This document shows positions 9,141 to 18,275 of a DNA stretch of 64,000 nt, one piece after another. The position numbers and the translations under genes are program-made. The DNA is from Vulcanimicrobiota bacterium (GTDB taxonomy: Bacteria > Vulcanimicrobiota > Vulcanimicrobiia > Vulcanimicrobiales > Vulcanimicrobiaceae). Under the pieces are notes generated by a model. It was given only the letters and a program-made list of their open reading frames with translations, was not told where the DNA came from and did not search any database. The stretch lies in NCBI GenBank assembly GCA_963733295.1, contig CAVTCS010000003.1, forward strand, positions 1,344,001 through 1,408,000. Direction: 5' to 3'. Numbering within the stretch: the first letter of the stretch is position 1; each line of letters begins with the position of its first letter.

Positions 9141-10546
9141 ACGGCGGCTGCGATCTGCGGCGGGCCTTGTGCGATCTGTACGGCAAGGTCTTCGGCCGGA
9201 TAGGTCACGATCTCGGCCAACGTCGGATGCAGGTGCGGAATCTTCATCAAATCGTACACCGACCCGCCGTAAAAGAGCGTCACGATGATTTCGTGGATCA
9301 AGTCTGACGCTTCGGGTCCGACGATCGCACCGCCCAAAAGCTTGCCGTCGCCCGGCGAAGCCATCAGCTTCACGAAGCCCTTGGTCTTGCCGATCGCGAT
9401 CGCTTTACCGTGATCGCTGAAGAGATAGGACGAGACCACATACGGCGTCTTGGCAGCTTGCAGATCTTTCTCGGTCGCACCCGCAATCGCAACCTGCGGA
9501 TCCGTGAAGATCGAGTGCGCCTTCTGTAAGAAATAGTCGGCTTTCTCGCTGCCGCCGGTGACCGCGTTGCGGGCCGCGATCTCCCCTTGATAGATCGCGA
9601 CGTGGACGAGCGCGAAACAGCCCGTAACGTCACCTACCGCGAAGACGTGCGGGTTCGAGGTGCGAATGTCGTCGCTCGTTTCGATGCCGGTCACCGCGTG
9701 ATACTGCACGCCGGCCTTCTCGAGATCCAGCCCGGCGACGTTCGGCAAGCGCCCGAGCGCGTAGAAGATCTCATCCGCTTCAACGCTCTTGCTCTGGTCG
9801 TCTTGGACGTAGTGCACGATCTTTTTCGTTCCGCGCTTTTCGACGCGGGAGAGCTGAGCGCTCGATTCGATTCTGATCCCTTCACCCCGAAAGTACAGCG
9901 TTACCGCGTCGCCGACGTCTTTGTCTTCGGCCGAGAAAAGATGGCGCGCTCGAATGATCATCGTGACCCCAACGCCCAGGCGCGCAAAGTACTGTCCGAG
10001 TTCGGCGGCGACGAAACCGCCGCCCAAGACGATCATCGTTTTGGGAAGAATGGAGAGTTCGAGCGCGGCGTCGCTGTCGATGAAGCCGGCTTCTTCGAGG
10101 CCAGGCACGACGGCCGGAGCGATCGAGCTGCCGGTTCCGATGACGAAGTTTTTGCCCTCGAGAACCGTCTCGTCGCCGACCGCCAGCGTCGTCGGGCCGA
10201 GGAAGCGCGCTTCGCCTTTGAAGGTCGGAAACGAGAGGATGCCGCCCACGCGGTAATCGGTGAAGCCCTTTATGATTTCGTCCTTGCGCGCCTGAATGTG
10301 CGCGAGGTCGATCTTCGGTTTCCCAGCGTCGATGCCGAGTTCCGGGCCTTCCCGCACGTCCTGAGCGCGGTCGCTCGAGGCGATCAGCGTCTTCGACGGC
10401 ATGCACCCGCGCAGGATGCACAATCCGCCGAGCGGGCCGCGGTCGACCATCGCGACGGAGGCCCCCAGTTCACGCGCGGTCCGGGCCGCCGCATAGCCGC
10501 CGGAACCGGCGCCGACGACCACGAGATCGTAGTTCAAGCTCTTCAC
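9137..10546 (-). CDS. Flavoprotein disulfide reductase (dihydrolipoamide dehydrogenase/MerA-like family)
   Basis: VVGAGSGG, GGLCILRGCMPSK redox disulfide, LGGGFVAAE, FAVGDV, HPTLAE. Confidence 0.88.
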   Translation of the reverse strand: MKSLNYDLVVVGAGSGGYAAARTARELGASVAMVDRGPLGGLCILRGCMPSKTLIASSDRAQDVREGPELGIDAGKPKIDLAHIQARKDEIIKGFTDYRVGGILSFPTFKGEARFLGPTTLAVGDETVLEGKNFVIGTGSSIAPAVVPGLEEAGFIDSDAALELSILPKTMIVLGGGFVAAELGQYFARLGVGVTMIIRARHLFSAEDKDVGDAVTLYFRGEGIRIESSAQLSRVEKRGTKKIVHYVQDDQSKSVEADEIFYALGRLPNVAGLDLEKAGVQYHAVTGIETSDDIRTSNPHVFAVGDVTGCFALVHVAIYQGEIAARNAVTGGSEKADYFLQKAHSIFTDPQVAIAGATEKDLQAAKTPYVVSSYLFSDHGKAIAIGKTKGFVKLMASPGDGKLLGGAIVGPEASDLIHEIIVTLFYGGSVYDLMKIPHLHPTLAEIVTYPAEDLAVQIAQGPPQIAAAV

Positions 10547-10658
10547 GTTCTCTTACAACCCGGCTGGCCGCTCGGTCGGTGGCGGCTTCCACCCTGAGGA
10601 GCCGTGCGACGCTGAGGCGGGGGTCCCCCGCTGCCGACACAGAATCTGGGAGCCGCCG

Positions 10659-12209
10659 ATGTCCGCCCAAGCCACTTTTACCGAGACGCTCACTCGCCGC
10701 AGCTCGCGCTACCTCGAGCCGGTTGCGGCGTGCGGACCCCTAGCCGTTCTCTTGGTCGCGGCCGGCGGTGCGGGCATCGGCTTCTTCCTTTGGTACGTCG
10801 CGATTACGCACTCCGGCATTCTTGCGGCCGGCGGAGATTTCACGTTCGTACTCGCGATGGCGGCGGGCTTGGTGCTTTCCTTTGCCGGCTGGATCGCCTA
10901 TGCCGAGTATTTCGCGGGCAGGGCCGGCGTCGGAGTCGTCACCGCGCTGCGCTGGGATTCGGTTTCCTGGGCGATGCTCGCTTCGTTTCCGGCGGGGCTG
11001 TTTCTGCCGCTCGGCCTCGGCGCGCCGGCTCGCTCCGCAGCCGTTGCAGCCGCCCTTTTCGCGCTCGTCAAGATCGTCGTCGCCGCGCGGTTCGTGCCGA
11101 CCGTGCGAGACGTCTTGGTGATCTTCATATCGACCCGCATCTCGATCATCGCCGTCGCCGAACTCGCCGCAGCGATGATCGGTCAGCGCGCCGGCGCGCA
11201 CGTCGCCGAATCGACGAACCCGTTGCTGGCGGTCTGGGGCCGCTGGGACGCCGTGCACTACCTCGACATCGCCAAACACGGCTACTACGGCACCGACATG
11301 GCATTCTTTCCGCTCTACCCGCTGCTCATCAAATTCGCCGGCATCTTCGTCGGCAGCGATCTGCTAGCTGGGATGATCGTGTCGAACGTCGCGTTCTTCT
11401 TCGGTCTACTTTTCTGCTACAAGCTGGTCGAACGTCTCTTCGATCGCGCCGTCGCTCACCGCACGGTCTTCTACATCTCGATTTTTCCGACCGCGGTCTT
11501 CTTCTCGACCGTCTACACCGAATCGCTCTTCTTCGCCCTCACCGTTGCTTCGTTTTACTATATCTGCGAACACAAATGGATCGCGGCCGGCGTTCTCGGC
11601 GGACTGGCGGCCCTGACTCGCGTCGAAGGCGTCCTGCTCATCGTTCCGTACGCCATCGAGGTCTTCAGTTCGAGCGATGGGGCTTCGTGGAAGCGCCACT
11701 TCGCGACGGACGCGGCGCGCGTACGAGTTCTCGTGGGCACGGCGCTGATACCGCTGGGCTTGTTCGCCTACATGGCTTGGCTCTGGGTCTTACGCGGCGA
11801 TCCGCTGTACTTTTCACACGTGCAGTCGCATTGGAACCGGCATCTGGCGTGGCCCTACGAGAGCGTCTGGCACAGCATTCACACGATCGCCACCGCCAAG
11901 GTCGCTTCGATCGTGTCCGGACAAAGCATCGAACTCTTTTTCACCGCGCTGATGATCGCCGTTTTCTTGGCCGGCTTCCGTCACTTGCGCCCGTCGCTGT
12001 GGGCCTATATGGCGCTTTCGATCCTGGTACCGATGTCGACCTCGAGCTTGATGAGCATGCCGCGCTTCGCGCTCGTCCTCTTCCCGATGTTCATCATCTT
12101 CGCGCTCTGGGGCAAGCGTCCGTGGGTTAACAATGCGATCGTTGCGTTCTCGCTGCCGCTCCTGGGCTTGTTCACGGTCCTGTTCGCAGACTGGTACTGG
12201 GTCGCGTGA
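10659..12209 (+). CDS. GT-C membrane mannosyltransferase (PIG-V-like)
   Basis: Polytopic membrane protein with RWDAVHYLDIAKHGY, AFFPLYP, YTESLF, SMPRF. Confidence 0.8.
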   Translation: MSAQATFTETLTRRSSRYLEPVAACGPLAVLLVAAGGAGIGFFLWYVAITHSGILAAGGDFTFVLAMAAGLVLSFAGWIAYAEYFAGRAGVGVVTALRWDSVSWAMLASFPAGLFLPLGLGAPARSAAVAAALFALVKIVVAARFVPTVRDVLVIFISTRISIIAVAELAAAMIGQRAGAHVAESTNPLLAVWGRWDAVHYLDIAKHGYYGTDMAFFPLYPLLIKFAGIFVGSDLLAGMIVSNVAFFFGLLFCYKLVERLFDRAVAHRTVFYISIFPTAVFFSTVYTESLFFALTVASFYYICEHKWIAAGVLGGLAALTRVEGVLLIVPYAIEVFSSSDGASWKRHFATDAARVRVLVGTALIPLGLFAYMAWLWVLRGDPLYFSHVQSHWNRHLAWPYESVWHSIHTIATAKVASIVSGQSIELFFTALMIAVFLAGFRHLRPSLWAYMALSILVPMSTSSLMSMPRFALVLFPMFIIFALWGKRPWVNNAIVAFSLPLLGLFTVLFADWYWVA

Positions 12210-12631
12210 GCGGAGCGGGGCTCGTCGAGCGCATCACGCAGCGCCGTGGTGTGCGTCAGTTTGCAAAATTCGGAATCGTCGGCTTGTCGGGAGCTCTCGT
12301 CAACCTGGCGATTTTTACCGCGCTGCAGCGCGGCACCGATCTCCCGGTCTGGGTCGACTTTTCGGTCGGGTTCATGGCCGGCGGCGTTTCGAACTATTTC
12401 CTCAACCGTCGCTGGACGTTTCGCTCGACGCGGCACGCGGGCCGCGAAGGCGCCCAGTTCCTCACGGTTTCATTCATCGCGCTGCTCGCCGGCAACGTCG
12501 TCGTCGACATCATGGAAAAGCACCTGGGCATTCACCATCACCATACGGTCTGGCTCGCGGCGACGGCCAGCGGCGTCTTCGTCAACTTCTTCCTCAATAA
12601 GTATTGGACGTTTCGGCACGTCGGGCGATAG
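12206..12631 (+). CDS. GtrA family membrane protein
   Basis: QFAKFGIVG, NYFLNRRWTF, NFFLNKYWTF; four hydrophobic segments. Confidence 0.88.
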   Translation: MSGAGLVERITQRRGVRQFAKFGIVGLSGALVNLAIFTALQRGTDLPVWVDFSVGFMAGGVSNYFLNRRWTFRSTRHAGREGAQFLTVSFIALLAGNVVVDIMEKHLGIHHHHTVWLAATASGVFVNFFLNKYWTFRHVGR

Positions 12632-14181
12632 ACGCTCGCCGCTGGTGGCAGATCGGCCTCGTCGCGACCGTTCTGCTCGGGTTCGTTCTGCGCCTCAAAG
12701 GAATCCACGACCCGCTGCTGGATCATCCGGGCTGGCGTCAAGGCGATACTGCGGCGATCGCGCGCAACTTTGCGACGCTGGACTTCAATCCGTTCCATCC
12801 TCAGACCGACTACGACGGCCCGCCGCCGAACTACGTCGAGCTCGAACTGCAGATCGTGCCGTTTCTGGCCGCCTGCTTGTACAAGATCTTCGGCATCCAC
12901 GAGGTCTTCGGGCGGTTGATCTCGATCGGATTCAGTCTTGCGACCATCGCCGGCGTCGGTTTTTTCGGCCGCTGGTTGTTCCGCTCCGCGCTGGCAGGAC
13001 TCTGCGCGGCCTTGTTCTTCGCGATCTATCCGGGCAGCACGTACTACGGCCGAACATTCACGCCCGACACGGCGATGGTTTTCTTCTTGACCGCCGCACT
13101 GTTCGCGAGCGCCTACTGGATCTTCGCTGAGGGCGGCGGCCGGCGCGGGTTCGCGACGGCGGCGCTGCTTACAGCGGCGGCAATCCTGGCGAAACCGGTC
13201 GCGCTCGTGGCGCTCGTTCCGCTCGTCGCGATGCTGTTCGAGCGCTTCGGTCTTTCGGGCACCGTGCGCCGTCCGCAGTCCTGGCTCTTCGTGCTCGTCG
13301 CGCTTACGCCGTATCTCGCTTACGATGCATACGCCGCCCGCATCGCCGAATGGCATTGGGCGAGCGGGATCACTCGACTTCACGTGCTCCCGGCGCTACG
13401 GGATGCGTTCGGTTCGTTCGCCGCGTTTCGTCACAAGGTCCGCCTTCTGCGCGACGCGCTCGGGATGCTCGGCGCGAGCATGCTCGGCTGGACGGGCCTC
13501 GTGACGTTCGTAGCCGCGATCTTCGTGCCGCTCGCACCGCGTTCGCGAACCCTTCTTCCCGCTTGGCTTGGCGGCGCGCTGGCCTACACGTTCGTCGTCG
13601 TTACCGTCGAACGCGTCGACTACTACCTGTACCTCTTCTTGCCGCTGGCGGCACTTTGGAGTGGCGGGCTCGCCGCCCGCCTCCTCGGGATGCTGCCCGC
13701 GACGCCGTTCGCGCGTCGCACGGCTCTCGCGCTGGCAGCTCTCTTCGTCATCGCGGCCGTCGTCGCGAACCGCGCCGCAGTCGCCGGCTATTACGCCTAC
13801 GACCGCAGCGTCTATCGCGCGGCCAAGGCGCTTGACGAGTCGCTCGCGCCGGATACGCTGATCGTCATGGGCCACTACGATCCGTCGGTTCTCTACTACA
13901 TCAACCGCAAGGGATGGGAAGAGGACGCGGCCCTGTGGACGCCGCTCGACGAAGAGAGCGCGATCGCGAAGGGCGCTCGCTATTTCGTCGCCGTCGAGAA
14001 GAACCGTCTCGAGCACAACGCCGACCTCTACGCTTGGCTGCAGCGCTTCCCGCTTTCGAACCCGGACGCGAAGTGGCCGGTGTACCAAACGGATTACGCG
14101 AAGCAGTTGCCCGGCGCCGAAGCCCGCTGGCGGGAGTTCCGGCGTCGCGAGAAGGCGCGTCCCGCAAGCCCGAGTCCGTAA
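12604..14181 (+). CDS. GT-C glycosyltransferase (GT39/ArnT/PMT-like)
   Basis: WRQGDTAAIARNF, GRLISI, YGRTFTPD, LAKP; many TM helices. Confidence 0.78.
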   Translation: MDVSARRAIDARRWWQIGLVATVLLGFVLRLKGIHDPLLDHPGWRQGDTAAIARNFATLDFNPFHPQTDYDGPPPNYVELELQIVPFLAACLYKIFGIHEVFGRLISIGFSLATIAGVGFFGRWLFRSALAGLCAALFFAIYPGSTYYGRTFTPDTAMVFFLTAALFASAYWIFAEGGGRRGFATAALLTAAAILAKPVALVALVPLVAMLFERFGLSGTVRRPQSWLFVLVALTPYLAYDAYAARIAEWHWASGITRLHVLPALRDAFGSFAAFRHKVRLLRDALGMLGASMLGWTGLVTFVAAIFVPLAPRSRTLLPAWLGGALAYTFVVVTVERVDYYLYLFLPLAALWSGGLAARLLGMLPATPFARRTALALAALFVIAAVVANRAAVAGYYAYDRSVYRAAKALDESLAPDTLIVMGHYDPSVLYYINRKGWEEDAALWTPLDEESAIAKGARYFVAVEKNRLEHNADLYAWLQRFPLSNPDAKWPVYQTDYAKQLPGAEARWREFRRREKARPASPSP

Positions 14182-14233
14182 AGGGGAGCGCGGGCGTGGG
14201 GACTTCTGGGGAGCGCCCCTAAAGCTACTTTCC

Positions 14234-17200
14234 ATGACGAAAGCGGCCGAGAAGGGCGAGCAACTGCGCGTGTACATCTTGGGACAAACACGCGTGGAAG
14301 TGGACGGTACGCCCTTCCGCTTCAAGGCCGTGCGCAAGGTCCTGCCGCTCCTAGGCTACCTCGCGCTGCGAAACCGCGGTCCGGTGGGCCGCGAGCAAAT
14401 CGCGTTCACCCTCTGGCCCGACGACGAGGAAGAGTCGGCGCTCGCAAACCTCCGGCGCAACATCTATCTGCTCACGCGCGCATTGCCGCCCAGCGCGCCG
14501 AAGCGTCCCTGGCTGCTCGTCGACGCCGCCGACGTCCAGTGGAACCCGGAAGCCGAGGTTTGGCTCGACGTTATCGAGTTCGAGCGCCTGGCGAACGAAC
14601 CGCAGCTCGAGTCGGCCGAAGGCGCGGCCGCCCTTTACGCGGGCGAGTTGCTCGACGGACACTACGAAGACTGGATCTTCAGCGAACGCGAACGTTTGCG
14701 CAGCATCTACGTTCGCATTCTCGGACAGCTCGTCGACGACCGGCGCCGCAAGCGCGACTTGGGGTCCGCGATCGGCTTTGCGCGGCGAATCCTCGCCGCC
14801 GACGCCTGGCGGGAAGACACCTTGCGGACCCTCATGTCACTGCGCTACGAATCGGGCGACGGCGCCGGTGCCCTCGCCGAGTTCGACGCTTTCGCGAAGC
14901 GTCTGCGTCAAGAAATGAGCGTCGAGCCCATGCCGGAAACGGTCGCCGTCCGCGAACGGATCGCGCGTAATGCCGAGCTCGTCGAACCGCTTGCGCCGAG
15001 CGAAGACGCACCGGTCGCACACCTCGACCGGCGAGCGCTCCCGTTTGTCGATCGCGAAAACGAACTCTCGCAACTGCGCACCGCGTGGAGCCGGGCCAGC
15101 CGGCGGGCGGGTGGTTTCGTCCTCGCCGGCGGGGAGGCGGGGATCGGCAAAACCCGCTTGCTCGACGAGTTCGCGTACGAGGTCGAGAATCAAGGGGCAC
15201 GGGTGTTGCGCGGAATGACCGGCGTGCCGGAAGCCGCACCGTATCAGGCGCTCGCCGAAGCCTTCGCCTCGGTGCTGCCCGTGCTGGTGAAGATCGCGCT
15301 GAATCCGATTTGGCTGGCTGCGATCGCGCAAGTCGTGCCCGAACTGCGCGCCCGGCGCAACGATTTGCCGGCTCTGCCGGGATTGCCGGCCGATCGCGAG
15401 CAGACGCGGCTTCAGGAAGCGTTCGTCGCGACGCTCGAAGCGATCGGACGAGGGCGGCCGACGCTCGTCGTCCTCGAAGATTTGCACCATGCGGGGGAAG
15501 CGACGCTCGCCGCCATCGAAGAAATCGCGCGCCGCACGTCGGGCTCGACCGTGATGCTCGTCGCAACGTATCGAGAGGACGAAACGACGCGCAGCCATCC
15601 CCTGCGCCGCTTGCGACGCCGCCTCAGCGAGCGCGGCCTCGTGCAATTTTTGTCGCCGACGCCGCTGCCGCGCAGCGCGATCGATCAGCTCGTCGAACTC
15701 GTTCCGGCCCTCACCGCCGCCGGAAAAAACGTCGCGAATGCGCTGCAAGAACGCAGCGAAGGGAACGCGCTATTCTTGAGCGAGGCGATCCGCGACATCC
15801 TCGAGGGCGGGGACGGAACGGGAACCGGCGTGCGCGCCACGATCTCCGCGCGCCTGGCGCGACTCGGTGGCGAGGCCCGCACCTTCGCCGATAGCGCCGC
15901 GGTGGCCGGCGTGACCTTCGACGTCGAACTCGTACGCGACGTGACCTCGTGGACGGAAGACGTCGCCCTCGAAGCGCTCGACGAGCTGCTCGACCGCAGC
16001 ATCGTGCGCGAAGCGGGTTCGTCCAAACGCTACTCTTACGAATTCAGCCACAGGCTCGTGCAGACGACGATCTACGACGAGCTGCCCGAAGAAGTGCGCA
16101 TCCGGCGGCATCGCCGGGTCGCACGCGTTCTCGAAGAGCGCAGCGGTACGAGTAGCGCCGACCTGGCCTTTCACTACGAGCGTGGGCGCGTGCCCGGACT
16201 CGCGGCGCGCCACTATCTGAGCGCGGCGGAAGCGGCCTTAGCGCTGGGTGCGACCGACGACGCGCTCGCGTACGACACGCGTGGTCTCGCACTCGCCGAA
16301 GACTCGGCGTTGCGCCTGCCGTTGCTCTTCCTGCGCGAACGTCTCCATGGCTTGCGCGGCGAACGAGGTGCGCAACTGGAAGATCTCGACCTGCTCGCGC
16401 TGATCGAACCAAGCCTTGGGGACCGCGACGCGCGTCTCGAGATACTCATCCGGCGAGCAGCGCTCGACCGCGCGACGGGCCGGATCGAGGACGAGCGGCA
16501 ATGGCTCGACCATTTACATTCCGCCGTTGCCGAGGGTGCGGGCACGGCTTGGGAGCTGCGTGCCGGGCTCGCGGAGGCGCAGCGCGATTTAGCGACGGCC
16601 GCGTACCCGGATGCGACGCTGCAGGCGACGCGCGCGCGCCAACTTGCCGAAGACGCCGGCGATAGGACCGGTCTCTTAGAGGCGCTGTGCATTTTGGCCG
16701 AGGCTGCAGCGCGTCAGGGCAGGCTCGAAGACGCGGAAGCATACCTCGGCGAAGCGCAGCATACGGCGACGGCGATCGGGCGCCGTGAAGCGTTGGCGCG
16801 CGCCACGACACAAGCGATGCGCGGTGCGGCGGCGCGTCAAGCGTATCCCGAAGCGAAGGTTCTCAGCGAGTCGGCGCTCTCGATTTACCGGGAGATCGGC
16901 GACCGCCTGGGCGAAGCCGAGACGCTCAACGCGCTCGCTTTGATCGAATCGCGGCTCGGCGACCTCGTGGCCGAGCAGCGCTCGCTCGCGAGTGCGATTG
17001 CGGTCTGCGAGTCGATCGGCAACCGTCAAGGTCTTGCAAACGCGTATCTGGAGTCGGCTCGGCTCGAGCTGCGCCTGGGGCGTCTGGCGAACGCCGAGCT
17101 GCTGCTGATCCGCGCGAGCGAGGCTTACGAAGCGCTCAACGACGCGCGCGGCCGGACGAATTGCGACGTCAACTTGAGTTTCATTGCGGCGGCCCGGGGT

Positions 17201-17692
17201 GACTTCGGAACCGCTCGCGCGCGGGGCGAAGCCGCCCTCGCCGACGCGCGGCGGCTCGGAATTCCCATGTCCGAGGCCGTGGCTCTCGGCAATATGGGCA
17301 TCGTCGAGCGTCAAGCGGGAAATCTCGACTTCGCCATCGCCCACCTCGAGCACGCCATCGCAATGCGCTCGGCGTTGCGCTCCATCGATTTGCTCGAAGA
17401 CCGCGTCGAATTGGCTTTCGCGATGTTGCTCGCAAAACGCGAAGACGACGCGCTGCAACTCGCCGAGGAACTCGCGCGCGCGCCGCAGGCGGAGGTTGCG
17501 GGGCTCGTCTGGCCCTTCTATCTACCCTGGGTCATCGCGCAGATCTTCGCCTCACGCGCGGAGCGAAGCGCTGACGCCAAACAATTCGGCGAACGCGCCG
17601 TACGAGAACTCGGCGAATACGCCTCCGTGATGGATCCCGACGCGCGAGACGCGTTTCTCGCACTCCCCCTCAGCCGCAAAATATTGAGTTGA
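14234..17692 (+). CDS. Large SARP-like regulator: N-terminal wHTH/BTAD, AAA ATPase, TPR repeats
   Basis: WLDVIEF..LYAGELL.G.YEDW (BTAD), FVDRENEL, Walker A GEAGIGKT, Walker B LVVLEDLH, SEGNALF, C-terminal TPR-like helices. Confidence 0.88.
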   Translation: MTKAAEKGEQLRVYILGQTRVEVDGTPFRFKAVRKVLPLLGYLALRNRGPVGREQIAFTLWPDDEEESALANLRRNIYLLTRALPPSAPKRPWLLVDAADVQWNPEAEVWLDVIEFERLANEPQLESAEGAAALYAGELLDGHYEDWIFSERERLRSIYVRILGQLVDDRRRKRDLGSAIGFARRILAADAWREDTLRTLMSLRYESGDGAGALAEFDAFAKRLRQEMSVEPMPETVAVRERIARNAELVEPLAPSEDAPVAHLDRRALPFVDRENELSQLRTAWSRASRRAGGFVLAGGEAGIGKTRLLDEFAYEVENQGARVLRGMTGVPEAAPYQALAEAFASVLPVLVKIALNPIWLAAIAQVVPELRARRNDLPALPGLPADREQTRLQEAFVATLEAIGRGRPTLVVLEDLHHAGEATLAAIEEIARRTSGSTVMLVATYREDETTRSHPLRRLRRRLSERGLVQFLSPTPLPRSAIDQLVELVPALTAAGKNVANALQERSEGNALFLSEAIRDILEGGDGTGTGVRATISARLARLGGEARTFADSAAVAGVTFDVELVRDVTSWTEDVALEALDELLDRSIVREAGSSKRYSYEFSHRLVQTTIYDELPEEVRIRRHRRVARVLEERSGTSSADLAFHYERGRVPGLAARHYLSAAEAALALGATDDALAYDTRGLALAEDSALRLPLLFLRERLHGLRGERGAQLEDLDLLALIEPSLGDRDARLEILIRRAALDRATGRIEDERQWLDHLHSAVAEGAGTAWELRAGLAEAQRDLATAAYPDATLQATRARQLAEDAGDRTGLLEALCILAEAAARQGRLEDAEAYLGEAQHTATAIGRREALARATTQAMRGAAARQAYPEAKVLSESALSIYREIGDRLGEAETLNALALIESRLGDLVAEQRSLASAIAVCESIGNRQGLANAYLESARLELRLGRLANAELLLIRASEAYEALNDARGRTNCDVNLSFIAAARGDFGTARARGEAALADARRLGIPMSEAVALGNMGIVERQAGNLDFAIAHLEHAIAMRSALRSIDLLEDRVELAFAMLLAKREDDALQLAEELARAPQAEVAGLVWPFYLPWVIAQIFASRAERSADAKQFGERAVRELGEYASVMDPDARDAFLALPLSRKILS

Positions 17693-17721
17693 GGCGTTAA
17701 CGCCCGGGCCGTCGACAGCAA

Positions 17722-17834
17722 CTACACAATCTTTGCGCGCAGCGGGTCGGTGACCCGCAGCGCAAACGGCGGTCGAAGCGTGGACAGGTGCGGGAGTCCG
17801 CACCGGGGGTTTGGGGGGGTAACCCCCATTTCAA
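17722..17834 (+). repeat. Dispersed multi-hairpin repeat, copy 1 (REP/MITE-like)
   Basis: Near-identical to the reverse complement of 29840-29953, with identical blocks of 42 nt (17730-17771) and 32 nt (17787-17818). Lies between convergent genes. Confidence 0.9.
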
Positions 17835-17845
17835 CTCTTGATTTC

Positions 17846-18172
17846 TTAGCTCAGCGATTCGGGCCAGAGCGTCAGGATGAACTGTTGATTGACGCCGCTG
17901 CTCATGGTGACGACTCCGTCGGCGAACGCGATCGTGAGGGATCCCGCGACCGCGATGCTGCCCTGACCGAGGGGTCTGCCCGACGCCACGGCTCCGTCGA
18001 GAAATGAGTATAAGGGGGTTCCCGGTTGTGCCGAGATCTCGATGGTCAGACCGGGCGGCGCGCCCGAGCCGTCGGGCGGCACGATCGGGATGCCCTCGAG
18101 ATGGCCGATCCACCCTGTCGGCGACGGCAGCGGCAGATTGGTTCCGGACGTAAGCGACATGGTCGCAGCCAT
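17846..18172 (-). CDS. Hypothetical protein (108 aa, Gly/Pro-rich)
   Basis: ATG at 18172 with GAGGT about 10 nt upstream; fills the gap between genes; no family recognised. Confidence 0.5.
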   Translation of the reverse strand: MAATMSLTSGTNLPLPSPTGWIGHLEGIPIVPPDGSGAPPGLTIEISAQPGTPLYSFLDGAVASGRPLGQGSIAVAGSLTIAFADGVVTMSSGVNQQFILTLWPESLS

Positions 18173-18275
18173 AAGAAGAGCTACCTCGTTCGATCCAGTT
18201 TTCCTGACTGTACGGGTTCCCGTTACCGCCTGTAAAGAGGGCCGAGTGGTGTAGGGGGCCGGGACGCAACCTCGG

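Noticed and set aside
9137..10546. Mercuric reductase merA
   Set aside because: No C-terminal Cys-Cys pair, no N-terminal metal-binding domain and no mer genes; it ends with an Lpd-like HPTLAE.
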